59,521 nucleotides of DNA, taken from assembly GCA_001724265.1 (NCBI GenBank), contig MEDY01000160.1:1-59521 (forward strand), given 5' to 3'. Made by a program: the position numbers and the translations under genes. The notes below the pieces were generated by a model. That model saw nothing but the letters and a program-made list of their open reading frames with translations, did no database searches and was not told the DNA's origin. Shown here piece by piece: positions 44,238-56,800 of the stretch (position 1 is its first letter; the number at the start of each line of letters is the position of its first letter). This stretch comes from Rhizaria sp. SCN 62-66. Lineage: Eukaryota.

Positions 44238-47156
44238 ATGTCCTCAGCTCCCCCTTCTACCCTAGGCGTGCCCCTGCTTACCGTGCCCCTTGTGCAGACG
44301 CAGTGCGACTGGCACAATGTCCGCGCAGACTTCACCAAAGCTGCTACAAGCAAAGCCAAAGCTGCCTTAACCTCAGCCTCAACCTCAGCCTCTTCCTTAA
44401 CAGCCGCGACTGGCACAGGTGATAATGCATTGGAGACTGTGCGTTTGATCTCGCGCGGTATCAACGGCGAAGAGATTGCCCTCACTTCCCTCCGCCCTAA
44501 CATCAGCTCGACGAGCGCTGGCTCTGGCTCTTGCTCTGGCTCTGGCGCTGGCGCTGACACTGCGTCCTATTGGCTGAGTGCGTATCTCTACGACCCCGTC
44601 AAGGGCGAGTCCCGGCCTCTGCACTCCACAATCACCCTGAGCTCCGCCCCCTCTCAGTGCTCTTCCTCAGGCGCCGGCGTTCCCGCGAGCGATTCGACCA
44701 GCACTGCCAGCAAGAGCACCGCTGTGCCTGCTGCTGCTCCTGCTGCTGCTCTTGCTCCTGCAGTGGCTGTAAGCTCGTCGCACCCTGCAGTGACCGTGGG
44801 CACCGCCCCCGCGAGCCACGCCCTGAAGCAAACCGTCACTCTCCCTCCCGTGCCCTCCGTGTCCTCTGCCTCTGCCTCATCTGACTCGGCGGCGTCAGGG
44901 TCGGTGCCGGCGAGTTCCCAGCGGCCGACCGTGGTCGAGGTAGTGGCCCCCCTGCGCGCCTGGCCCGCCGTGCAGGGCGCCGACCGCGGGCTGTGGACGG
45001 CGCCCCCCGCGGTGCCAGTGCGCCGGGGCACCAACGATATCACCGACGACATCGCGTACGCTGACGCGCTCTCTGCAGACGCAGACGCTCTCACAGCAAA
45101 CACGCAGCAGCTGGAGCGGCAAGGACAAGAGCTGGAGGGTGACCTGAGCTCGGTGAAGCCGAAGTATGACTCTAAGGGTATCCCCATCGACTCTGTGCCT
45201 GCTTTCATGCTGAAGAGCAAGAACAAGAACAACATCAGCAAGAACACGAGCAGTGCCAACGCTGCTGCGGGCACTAACAGTGATAGTGCCAATAGTAACG
45301 CCGACAAGCCCGCTCCTGGTCTGTATTTGGCTTCTTCTTCCTCTTCTGCCGACAGCGGCTTACCTTCAGCACCGGGCGGCCTAACATCCTCCAGAATCAG
45401 CAGCAGCAGCAGTATTAAGCGTACCCCCGTGCACTGCATCAGCGTCAACAGTGCGCTCCAATGCCTGACGGGCGGGCCTGACGGCAGCCTCAAGGTCTGG
45501 AACGGCATCACTGGCGCCGAAATCGTCTCCCTCTCCGGAAAGAGCAGCGATAATACTGACAAAACCACTGCCGTGAATGCGCCGTCGCTGCCCGATAGCC
45601 ACATCGGCGACGTCACTGCCTGCGCCTGGATGCCCTCCGGGGTCGTCGCCCTCTCGGCCGCTGCGGACTGCCGCATCAAGATCTGGGCGCCTTTCCTCAC
45701 CCCCAGCGCAAATACCGACGCCACGTTGAGCAGTCCACCGAGGCGCTGCGTCAAAACTCTCCCCGCTCTCCCTAACAGCAGCAGCAGCAGCAGCGGCGCC
45801 GAGCTGGGCCTGGCTCCCCGGGGCCATACCCGACCCGTGACCGCGTTCTCGTTCCTGTGCCCCACGGGCCGGTCGTTCGCCACGGCCGCGCGCGACGGCG
45901 CAGTGCTCCTCTGGGACACGGCGCAGGGCGCGCCCGTCGCACGGTGGTGCGCCAAGGGCGCCAGCAACGACAGTCTTCACGGTCAAAGCAGCTCGGGTGA
46001 GAGTGGGAGTGAGAGTGTGCTGAGTGAAAATGCGAGTGTGAACACTGAGCGGCCGCTGTGGTGTCTGGCGCGGCGCGGCGCCGTGCTGGCTGCCGGCGCC
46101 GAGGACGGATGCGTCGACTTGATCGACACACGCATGCGCGGGGGCGTTGCGATGACACTTGCGACTGCAACTGCAACTGTGAACGCTGCGACTTCTGGAA
46201 TCGTCTCGGTGTCGGTGGCGCCCAGCATGATGAGGCCCGGTCTGGCGTGGCCCTCTCATCCTGTCCTCCACAACGGGAATACCGCCAACGACAACGTGCT
46301 TGCGGGTAGTGGCTCGAGCGCGGTCTACTCCGCACCGGCCGCCGTGCGCTCCCTGCTCTGGACCGACGGCTCGGGCGCTGCGTTTGCTGAGGGCGGGCAG
46401 CTTTACGCCGGACTGGGCAACGGCATTGTGTGCTGCTTGGACCCCCGCGTGGCTGTGCAGAGCAACAACGGCCGCCGCAGTCGCCGTGCTCACGGTCACT
46501 TCGTCAGTACCCATGATGCTCACGGTCAGGGCCAGTACTCGTGGGCTGGCGCGTTTGGCCCCTTTGTGGTTGACGCTGAGGCTGCTGCTCAGGGGGCTGC
46601 TGAGGCCGCCGCGGCTGCCGAGGCCAATGCCCGTGCTCAGGGCCCTAAGCACGACGACGACAATGATGGTGACGATGAGGATGACGATGAGGATGTGTTG
46701 TTGTGGTATGCGTGCCACGCCAATGCCGCCGTTACCACTCTTCTTCGCGGCGACCGTGAGCAGTCGCAGTCAAGTAGTGACTGTGAGCACGAACAGCGCC
46801 TCTGGGTCGGTGACGAAGAGGGCAACATGGCTCTGTGGAGCGTGTCGTCCCAGTACTCCTCTAAGCACTCCCCAGCGTCGAAGTCTACGGGCCGCGCCTC
46901 GCAAGCGCCGCGCGTGACCGTGAGCCCGGTGGTTTCGCTGTCGGGCCACGACGGGGGCGAGGCCGTTGCCGCCGCCGCAGCCGCGTGGCACAGCCCGGCC
47001 GCCGACCTGGCCAGCGCGCGGGCTCTGGCGATGCGCGCTGCCGGGGCCGGTGTGGGTGAAAGCTCAAGCAATAGTGCTGCAAACGCCAGCTATTGTGATT
47101 GGAAGCAGAGGGTGTGGACTGTGGGGCCTGACGGGGCACGGTTGTACTCAGTTTGA
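44238..47156 (+). CDS. PAAF1: WD40 protein, proteasomal ATPase-associated factor 1 (Rpn14)-like, intronless, about 972 aa
   Basis: N-terminal VQTQCDW and YWLSAY (cf. PAAF1 RIQSDW, AWLSCH); GGPDGSLKVWN; HIGDVTACAWMPSGVVALSAAADCRIKIW (cf. HVFDVNCCRFFPSGLVVLSGGMDAQLKIW); GHTRPVT...GRSFATAARDGAVLLWD; LAAGAEDG; terminal WTVGPDGARLY. Stop TGA. Confidence 0.82.
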   Translation: MSSAPPSTLGVPLLTVPLVQTQCDWHNVRADFTKAATSKAKAALTSASTSASSLTAATGTGDNALETVRLISRGINGEEIALTSLRPNISSTSAGSGSCSGSGAGADTASYWLSAYLYDPVKGESRPLHSTITLSSAPSQCSSSGAGVPASDSTSTASKSTAVPAAAPAAALAPAVAVSSSHPAVTVGTAPASHALKQTVTLPPVPSVSSASASSDSAASGSVPASSQRPTVVEVVAPLRAWPAVQGADRGLWTAPPAVPVRRGTNDITDDIAYADALSADADALTANTQQLERQGQELEGDLSSVKPKYDSKGIPIDSVPAFMLKSKNKNNISKNTSSANAAAGTNSDSANSNADKPAPGLYLASSSSSADSGLPSAPGGLTSSRISSSSSIKRTPVHCISVNSALQCLTGGPDGSLKVWNGITGAEIVSLSGKSSDNTDKTTAVNAPSLPDSHIGDVTACAWMPSGVVALSAAADCRIKIWAPFLTPSANTDATLSSPPRRCVKTLPALPNSSSSSSGAELGLAPRGHTRPVTAFSFLCPTGRSFATAARDGAVLLWDTAQGAPVARWCAKGASNDSLHGQSSSGESGSESVLSENASVNTERPLWCLARRGAVLAAGAEDGCVDLIDTRMRGGVAMTLATATATVNAATSGIVSVSVAPSMMRPGLAWPSHPVLHNGNTANDNVLAGSGSSAVYSAPAAVRSLLWTDGSGAAFAEGGQLYAGLGNGIVCCLDPRVAVQSNNGRRSRRAHGHFVSTHDAHGQGQYSWAGAFGPFVVDAEAAAQGAAEAAAAAEANARAQGPKHDDDNDGDDEDDDEDVLLWYACHANAAVTTLLRGDREQSQSSSDCEHEQRLWVGDEEGNMALWSVSSQYSSKHSPASKSTGRASQAPRVTVSPVVSLSGHDGGEAVAAAAAAWHSPAADLASARALAMRAAGAGVGESSSNSAANASYCDWKQRVWTVGPDGARLYSV

Positions 47157-48024
47157 AGTGAAACATACGAGTTATGTGCATCCTAGCGATAATTATGAGG
47201 TTTATATAGTTGTACTTGTTGTGCTTGGTTTGAGGCACGTAGCTTTGGATCGCGTCCATTTTAGACAAGACGCTTTTTTTTTTTCTTCACATGGTTATCA
47301 AGTACGTGTACAAATCTATGTTTTTGTGCATTTCACATCTATTACACAGCCCAATAAACACAGCAAGAGTTCAAACGTATTCTTTTGCAAAATACAAGCT
47401 TTTAGATAGAGTTGTACAGATATACATCTTTGCCAACTAACCAGTATTGCGAACAAAACGTTACAACAAGTGCGAAAACTCGCGAAGCTAAGTTCAACTA
47501 TAAGTAAAAGGTACTCAACCCGCTCACCAGGTTGAAGGCACATAAGACACTTTCAGATTTTCACACTTGTTGAAGCTTGAAGTCGCATGGGCGGTTGTCA
47601 GCTTTTCGTGTCGACTTCAGTGACATAATTCCGAGTTCGTGTATTCGCATCAAACTAATCTAACAATATACACGTGACCACTATCGTGTAAGGCAACACC
47701 ATGCGCACGTCACATCATGTGCACATCTGTACGAAATAATGACCGGTGACCCAGTTGCGTCGCGTAACGTTTGTCCTTACACGCTCTTGTGAATCCCTGC
47801 TCACTGTCACAGGAACCACACTCACGAAACAAATTCAACGAATTAAGAAATGAAAAAAGACAAGACGACAACAAAAACGTCATGTCATATGAACTAATGA
47901 TGAAATAAATCAAGACACTTTTGTAAATAATGCCTGCCGGCCACAGTTTGTTATAACGTTATAAGCTTTCAGAAGAGCATCGCACCAGTTGCTCTGCTCG
48001 TTCGCCTACTGTCATTGCCCATAG

Positions 48025-48433
48025 TCACTGCTGCGCGGGCACGAGACGCCAGATGCGCGCGAGGCCGTCGTCGCCGGCCGTGGCGAGCACGTTGCGGCGC
48101 TTGGGGTGCCACGCAACGGCGTTGACCTCGCCCCTGTGGGCCGCCTCGAGCCGCGCCACGACGGCCACGCCCGCGAGCTCCACGCCCTTCCCGCTGCCCT
48201 CATCATCACCATCCTCGTCAGTCTCAGCCAGAGCACTAGACGTGGTGGGGGAAGAGGCGCTCTGGTCGGCGCCGGCGGCGAACGTGGTCGACGGGAAGAA
48301 CCGCGGCCTGTCATAAGTGACGCTGTAGGGCGCCGCGTAGGGCGACGGGCGCACGGTCTGCGACGCCGCAACGGCCTCGGCGCCCTTCTCCTTCTCCTTG
48401 TCACCCTTGGCCATCGCCCCGCCCTCCCCGACG

Positions 48434-48475
<42 letters not shown>

Positions 48476-50241
48476 GCAGCCTCCCCGTCCGCAGCCAGCG
48501 CGCCCCGCGCCGCGGTGACCGAGGCTACGGTGCTGGGAACCGTCCGCTGCCCGCCGCGCCCCGCGCCCGCGGTCGCGGCGGCGGCGGCGAGCGCCCGCGC
48601 GCCGAGCGGCAGGGGCAGGGATACGGTGACGGCGTCGTCGCCGCCGCCCGTGGCGATCAGGCCGAGGGCCGTGCCGGCGCCGGCGACCGCGGTTGACGCG
48701 GTCGGCAGCCACCAGTTCTCACTACTGTTACTGTTAGCGCTGTTATTGAGCAGGATGGCGGTGGCAGCGGCGACTGCGCCATTACGGGCGGCCTCGGCAG
48801 CGGCAGTGGCAACAGCGGCCGCAGAGGCGGTGGCCTCAGCCTCAGCCTCAGCCCCAGCGGCAGCAGTGGCGGCAGAGGCAGCGGTGGCGGCGGCGGCGGT
48901 CTCCAGGGCCTCCAGCGCCGCCGCGGCGACCTGCTCGGTCCCGGCCTCGGTGCCGATGGCGGCGGCGGCGCGCACCGCGGCAGCCGTCACGGCCGCGACC
49001 ACGGCGGCGGTCTGCGCGGGCTTCAGGCCGCTCACACCGCTCTGGCTCTGGCGGAGGAAGGCGGCGACGGCGGCAGCGGCCGTGAGGAGAGCCAAGTCGC
49101 CGGGGCGCGACCAGTCGACGCAGAGCACGGGCCGCTGGTGGAGGTCCGCGGCCTGGACGGCGACCGGCCACGCGCGCGCGCCCCCAGCGGTGGCTGCCCC
49201 GTCCGCTGCTGAGTCAGCAGAGGCTGCGCCGAAGCCGTCGGCGCCGGTGGGCGTGTGAATGAGCGCGAGCGAGCGGTCGGCCGAGACCGAGGCCAGGTAG
49301 GCCGCGGCGGGTCCGGGGGAGAAAGCGAGGGCCCAGACGGTGTCGGTGTGGTGGGTCAGCGTGGCGGAACAGAACCACTCCTCTTCTTCGGGCAGCCAGA
49401 CCTTGACGCTGTTGTCGTAAGAGGCGGAGACGAGGAGCTCGTGCGAGGGGTGGAACTTGACCTGCTTGACGTCCTGCGTGTGTCCCGTGAGCGCGGCGCA
49501 ACATTCCCATTCGCCGGGCCCGCCGTCGGAGGCCCAGACCAGGACCGACTTGTCGCGCGAGCAGGACGCCAACAGGTCGCCGCTGGGCGCCCAGGACACC
49601 CACTTGATCTCGCAGCCCTCCTGGTGGCCCTCCAGAGTCGCGATGCACTCGAACACTGTGGGTGAGCAATGAGCAAAAACAAAGAGAGAGAAAGAAAACA
49701 GCTTTGGGTGTGAGCTTGGTTTGCATTATATAGAGTCCAAGATGGACGCGTGATGGAATAAAAACAAAATGATATGATATAATAAGTTGTTTTGAGTACA
49801 AATTCTAACGCTTCACCTTGTTTCGCGCAAGAACGTACCTCCGTTGGAGAGCTCCCAGATGGAGATTGAGCGGTCGAAGGACGCGATGGCGATATACCGC
49901 CCGCTGGGGGCCCAGGAGCCGCAGCGCGCGGTGCGCGCGTGAACGCCGTCCAGCACTTGGAGGCACTCGAAGGGCTCGGCCGCGCTTGCGCCGGCGGGCT
50001 CAAGCCCGACCTCGGCGGGCGCGTTGGCGAGCGGGATGAAGGGCGTGGCGCGCTGGAGCCGGCGCGCCCAGACTCGGGCAGAGCCGTCGGAGCCCGTGGT
50101 GAGCAGGTAAGCGCCGCCGGGGGACCAGGCGCAGCTCCAGACGCGGCCCGTGTGGCCAGAGAGCGTCGCCACGGGCTCGAGCGTGAAGGGGAAGGAGGTG
50201 GCGGAGGTCGCCGAGGAGGATGGGGGGGAGGGTTGGGCCAT
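48025..50241 (-). CDS. CIAO1: Cytosolic Fe-S assembly WD40 protein Cia1, complement(join(48025..49655,49839..50241)), about 677 aa
   Basis: [138 protein letters not shown]...LATAGDDG. Phase-1 intron 49656..49838. Stop TGA. Confidence 0.93.
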
Positions 50242-50864
50242 CGTCGAGCGAGCGAACCTAAGACCGAGAGGGGGCGCAGTATGGGCGCAGAAGAATGAGA
50301 TGAGCGCATGATAACAAACAAAAAGGTTTAAATATACCAAATATGCGAGGCAATCTTGAGGATGCGTATGGGCGCTATTTGACGATCGGAAGGGACAGAA
50401 ATCAAAGGTTGTAAGAAATCGAGCAAAGGCTGGGTGCGAGACGCCTCACGTCTGCTTCGGCTCGTGGTGGCCGAGCTAATCTTTCGAATTACTCACTCGT
50501 TTCAACGTCAGGTCCTTATTTTATTCGCTTTTGCGATCAAATGTAAACTTTTATTTACGGCCATGTTTTATCATGGCTACTGGGGTTTGTATGTGTCTCG
50601 CTGCAAATGCCGAGAATCTCACCCCTTTCCTCTCTTCGGCCACGTCGTTCTCTGCTCCCTCCTCTTGTCGCTCTCGCTCGTACCTCTAACTCTTTGCATA
50701 GTAGCTGTCCCAACAGCATCTGTTTGTTTCTGTCTTAAAGAACACCCTCAAACTCTGGTTAATCAATCTTTCACTACCTCTGCGCCCCCAGCAGCAGTCG
50801 TCACAGCCGAATCAGTCGCCGTCGTCGCAGCTGTAGCAGTATCAGCTTTAGCCAAAGCCTCAGC

Positions 50865-53800
50865 ATGCGTCCGAGCTCCACAAGAGGCGGCGCGACGGCC
50901 AACCCTAGTGATACGGGCACGAGCGCTAGTTCCCGCCAGCAGCAGCAACAGCAGCCTCAGCAGCAGACGCCTGTGCTGACCTCCCCCCTTCTCTCGCTCG
51001 CTCTCGCCCACAGCACCAGCCCCAGCCCCAACACGAGCACCTCGGCGAGCGGGGGCGTGGGCGCGAGCGGCAGCGGCAGCCTGATGTCTCCGCCGCTGCC
51101 CGACACGGACCCGCGGCGGCTCACGTCGTTCGGCCTCGTGACCGAGGCCGCCCCCGCTCGCTCATTATTGGCACGTCTGCTGCCCTGGCGCTCCGCCAAC
51201 GACAACGATGACAACGACGACAGCAACAACGCCAACGCCGGCGCCAGCTCTAGCTCTAGCTCTAGCTCTAGCGGCGGCGCTGACGGTGACGGCGACGGAC
51301 ACTGGGGCGCTGGCGCCGACTCGCAGTCCCAGCTGTTCGGCAACACCGCGAACGCAGACCCGCTCAACCAACACCAGCCGCGCCGGTCGCAGTTGCAGGC
51401 GCAGGCGCAGGCCCAGGCACAGGCGCTGCTGCTGCCGTTCCAGCAGCAGCCCGAGGCGATGGGCACGGGCGCGCTCTCCGAGGCCGACGAGGTGGCGGGG
51501 GCCGCCGACAGGCTCTACTTCGGCGCCCCCGGGTACGCCTACCTGGGCGCGCTCTTCGACTCGAACCCCTCGGGTACCACTGGCAACAAGAACTACAACA
51601 ACGGCAGCGCTCGAAGCAGCAACACTGACTCGACTGGTGATGTCGCTGCGAACCGCAGTGACCCGAGCAATGCTGACTCTGTTAACAACACCGTCTCTGA
51701 TAATATCGCAGACAGCGAGAACCTCACTGACCAGGGTGCCATTACTGATAATGACGATGATGACGAGATTATCACGGATACCACTGCGAACACCGACGCA
51801 GTCCCCGGCGCCGACCCGACTCCCAACATTCTTGACTCGATTGCGGACGTCACCGATGCGGCCACCCCTCAGGAGACAACTTATCTCTCCGCATTCGGTA
51901 CTACCCCCGCCCCCACAGCAGCAACCCCCAGCCCTAGCCCCGCCGCCGCTGCGACCGCCGCGACCGCAACCGCGACAGCGACTGCGGCTGCGTCCCAGTC
52001 GCTGCCACCGCCGCCCCCGCGGCCCCCCGCGCCGCCCGCCGCGCTAATGCCGCGCGCACAGTGGGCCTCGGACTCGGCCTCGACCGCCTGCGCCGCGTGC
52101 GCTAAGTCCTTCGGTGTGTTCCGCCGCCGCCACCACTGCCGGCTCTGCGGCCGGGTTTTCTGCGCCGGCTGCACCGCCGAGTCGCTCCCGGGCCCCGCGC
52201 TGGGCGTGGCGGGGGCCGTCCGCGCCTGCACCCGGTGTTTCGAGCTGTGGCTGACGCGGCGGGAGCAGCAGCAAAGATATGAGTTTCTGTTGCAGCGGTA
52301 TCAACAACAAGTCAAACAGCAGCAGCAGCAGTTACACCAGCAAACAACGGCGAGCTCCACTCAAGGACAGCCACAGCTGCAGCAGCAGCAGCAGCAGCAA
52401 CACCGCCAGTCTCAGTCTCAGTCTCAGTCTCAGTCTCAGTCTCAGTCCCAACTGCGGCAGACACGGACACAGTCTCAGTCTCAGTCTCAACCGACGGCTG
52501 CGCCTGCACCTGCGCCTGCGCCTGTGACCGTGGCAGGCCCCCCGCGGCCGCCGTCGCTGTCTCACCGCCTGTGCCCTCGCAAGCGCGCCGAGCCGCCGTC
52601 GTCGTCCTCCGACGCGCGTGACTTGATCTCGCTCGTGCACGACCTGCATCTGTTCAACCTCGTCTCGTGCCAGTTCCAGGCCCTCGAGGCCCGCCTCGCG
52701 AGTACCGTCGCTGCTCAGAGCGCCTTCAGTCAGAGCAAGAGTGTCGCCGCCGGTTGTGATGGGAGCTCTGACACTGCGTCGTTGCCCTCAGCAGTCCAGT
52801 CCGAGGAGGGCTACCGCATGGCGCTGACGTCCCTGTGGCTGCCCGCGATCTACACCCTCGCGCGGGACACGGCCGCTGCCATCCAGCCCGGCTCCGCGCG
52901 CGGCGACGCGACCGACCCGCGCGACTACGTGACCGTGCTCCCGGTGCCCGGCGGCCGCGTCAAGGACTCGGCGCGCGTGTCCGGGCTTGTGCTCGCGCAG
53001 GGCACGGCCGCGGGCGGCGCGGCGGTCACCGCGGGCCGCCCCGTGATCGCGAATCCGCGCGTGCTTGTCGTCGCGGCCCCGGTCGGCTACTTCGCCGTGT
53101 CGACGAACAAGGACAAGGACAAGGACGGCCACCACACCAACACCAGTGGCGGCGGCAGTGGCGGTCATGGTGCCGGCGGCTCCGGCGGCGGCGGCAGCGG
53201 CGGCAACAAGTCGGGCGCCGCGGCCCCGGGCGGCGACACCGCGGCTTTGACTGAGCTCTCCGACCTGCTCGCGCATGAACGCGAATACACGGACAAGGTA
53301 ATCTCGCAGATCCTTGGCATGCGGCTTGACTTGCTGGCGACCTCGCATCCGATATCGCCGCTCGCGCGCACGCTGCTGCAGGCCAACAACATCACTGTTG
53401 TGCCCAAGGTCCCGCCCCGGGTCCTGGCCCAGCTCGCGCGGTGCACTGGGGCGACTGTGGTGACATCGCTCGACCAGCTCGACCCCCGCCTGCCCTTGGT
53501 CGGCACTTGCCAGCGCATGTACACGCGCAACCTCGACGTCTTGAGCTCCACCGAGCTCCGCTTTGCTACTCCGAGCGCTAACGACGCCAACTTGAGCCAA
53601 GGCGGCGGCGCGAGCGGGGGTGGCGGCGGCGCGGGGCTCAGTGCTGCCCAGGTGGTGAGCGCGGAGGCGGGCACCCTGTCCGCCTGGGACCCCGTCTGGC
53701 TGGATCTCGTGGGCGCGGACCTGGCCACCGGCGGGCTGGGCTCCGCTGCCGGGGTCACGGGCTCTGCGCGCAGCGGCAGCGGCAGTGGCACTGGCAGTGG

Positions 53801-56800
53801 CATCGGTCAGGAAGCAAGGAGCAGCGGGTCGGACACGGATGAGGGTCACTCTGATTCTGAGTTTGAGCCTGAGGGTGATGATGACAACGACGAGAATGGC
53901 AGTGCTGAGGCTACGAGTCTCGGCTTGTCTATTGTCAGTCCCATCAAGAAGGGCAGTCGCAGCGAGCGCAAGTCGAAGCGTGACCGCGATCAACAAGGCG
54001 ACCGTGAGCAGACCAAGTCCACGACCAAGACCGTGACCAAGACCACGACGACCGTGAGCCTGACTGCCGACGGCCGCGCTTTGGCCAGTTCGCACTTGGC
54101 TGCGGCGGCGGCGTTGGGACGCATGTGCTCCGTTCATAGTCACTCTGCTCTTGCTGTGACCAATGCTGTGCTCTCCGAATGCGACTGTGTCACTACTGAG
54201 CTTACTTTTGAATCAGTCTCCGCCGCTGCTGCTGCCGATGTTGAACAGAAGCAGCAGCAAGAGCACCAATTGCAGCAACAGCTCAGTACCACTCGCAGTA
54301 GCCGCCGTCGCGCGAATCGCAACAAACGCCGTAACAACAACGACAACAACAACTCGACTGCGGACGCAACTGAGGCAGAGACCAAAGATAACTCTCTCCA
54401 CGAGGCCGAGACACGCGCCAGCACCAGCGCCACCAATCCCCGCCGCGCGTCCGCCTCGACGCAGAGCCGTGCCCACCTCCACTTGCACGCCAACTCGCCT
54501 TTCCCGCTCGACCGCCTGCGCCGCACACACCACCGGCTGCAGCCGCGGGTGACTGAGCAGACTCTCCTCGTGTTCGACGGCTGCGACCCGCGCGCGTGGG
54601 CCACCGTTGTGCTGCGCGGCGCCCCGCTGCCGGTGCTGCATCTTCTCAAGCACGTGCTCTCGGTCTCCGTTTTTGCCGCCTACGCGCTGCGGCTCGAGGG
54701 CGCCCTTTGGTTCGACCTGTCGGCGACCTACACACGCAACCACGTCGACCAGCTCGTGCGGTCAGTCCCGGCCGCCTTCCGCCCTCTGGCGCTGCGGCTG
54801 GGGTTGGTCGACCTGCGCGACTACCCGAGCTTCGCCGTGGGGGCGCCTGTGCTGCCGTTCACTGCGCCGCGCTACCTGCCCTACCCCAGTGTCCCTCTGT
54901 CCAACACGGCGCCGCTGTTCATCGCTTCACAGTATAATAGCGTTAATACCAGTAAGAACAAGGGCAACAAGAGCAGGAACAACAGCGTCAAGGCCCGCAG
55001 TGATTCCGGTGCTGACTCAACCCAGCTCTCGGCCACAGCGAGGTCCGCTGCTACGGCGACTGCGACCGCGATGTCAGAGACCGCGAGTGCTGAGTCAACA
55101 GCCCAATCCGCGCTCGCGGCCGCCACGGCGCCGCTGTGGCAGCTCTGGCCGCTGCCGGCTGCGCTGCCCATGTCGCCCTTCGTCCCCGCACTGGCGCCGG
55201 ACCCAGTCTCGCCGTACCGCCCCCCCGCGCTGCAGGCGCCTGCGGGGGCCAAGGCCGGCGCGGGGGCCGTTGCGGGCGAGGCAGAGATGTGGCTGGGGCA
55301 CTTGGCCGCGGCGCACGCCTCGGCCGCTGCGGCTGCGGCTGCCGTTGCCTCTAGTTCTGCCGCCAGTGCGTCCGCCTCTGGCTCGACTGCGAAAAAGGAT
55401 AATGGCAGTGCTGTTGTTGCTGAGAATAGTTGCAGCGCGCAATGCTGTAAGAACTGCGGAGGCACTGTACCTGCTGCCACAACCAACAAGCCGAGCCTTG
55501 TCGGTAAGACGACTGGTGCTGCAAACAGTACAACTGGCAACAATGTTGACAAGTCAGGTTTCGCCCCAGTTTTCTCTCTATCTCAGAGCAGTGCTTTCGA
55601 CGCAGTGCCTGTGACTCGCACGGAGACCGACACCGGGATTCTGACTACCTTTGTGTCCCCCTTTGCTTCCATTGCGGCCGCAGCAGGTGCCCCCGCTCTC
55701 GCTCTTGCCGCCGCTGCCGCCGCCTGCGCCACCTCGACCAGCACAGCCCACGCTACAGTTAACTCTGCCTCGAGTGCGAGTGCGGGTGCGAACGGCCTCT
55801 GCGGCTCTCTGCCGGCGCTGGTGTTCGCCCGCGCGGCCCCGCCCCCGCCGGCCCTGTGTCTGCCGACGCCGCTGACCCCGGCCGCATTTGCACGCGCGCT
55901 CGCTATGATTTACGACGAGGGCAACCGTGTCAATAGCGGTGTGAAGTATGTCACTGAGCCTTTGTTCTCGGGTCATTCTGCTGCTCACACGCCGACGTCG
56001 ACTGGCGCTGCTGCTGCTACGAATGCAAGTGCTGCTGTTGCTGCGTCTGCGTATATGAACCGTTTCACGCCATTCCCGTTGCTTCCCTCCACAACACCCC
56101 TAGCTGCGGGCCTTGGCTGCGCGCCCGCTCTCCCGCTCACGGTCATCTCTGGCAGCGGTCATTCGTTTAGCGGAGTGAATACAACTGCACCGCGCGGCTC
56201 GTTGTTGCTGCCTCCAGCACCTAGCCCTGGTTACATTGCACCCTCTAACGCCGACTCAGATAACAATGGTAGTAACCCTAATAGCAATTCCGCAGCAGCC
56301 CAGAATAGCGCCGCCGCGTCCATGAGCAGCCTCGGCGCCCTCGGCGGCGCTGGCGGCCTCGGCGCCAGCGTGAACTGGGCCTCGGCCGCCCTTTCTCTGC
56401 ACGCCTTCCTCCTCGCGGCCTCCCCGGCGGCGCTGGCGGCCGTTACCGACTGCGCCCTCACCCCGACACTGGCGCTCACGCTTGCGCGCACGCACATCAC
56501 TCACTCTGCCCACCGCCACGCCACCGATCCCGCCCACGCTCTCGCTGGCGGTCGCAGTCACAAGGTGGACGCCTCCGTGGCGGCCGCCGCGGCCGCGGCC
56601 CGCGCGCTGGCGTGGTCCCGCGTTGACGACTGCGCCCGCGCGGGCGCCCGCGCGCTGGGCCTGCCCTGGACGCCCTCGGCGCCGGTTCCGGCGGCCGTAG
56701 CGGCGCTCGTGCCGCGGGCGCTGCGGAGGACGCCCGCCGTGGCGGCGCTGTTCGACGAGACTGCCGCCGCCGCCGCCGCCGCTGCTGCTGCTGATGCGAT

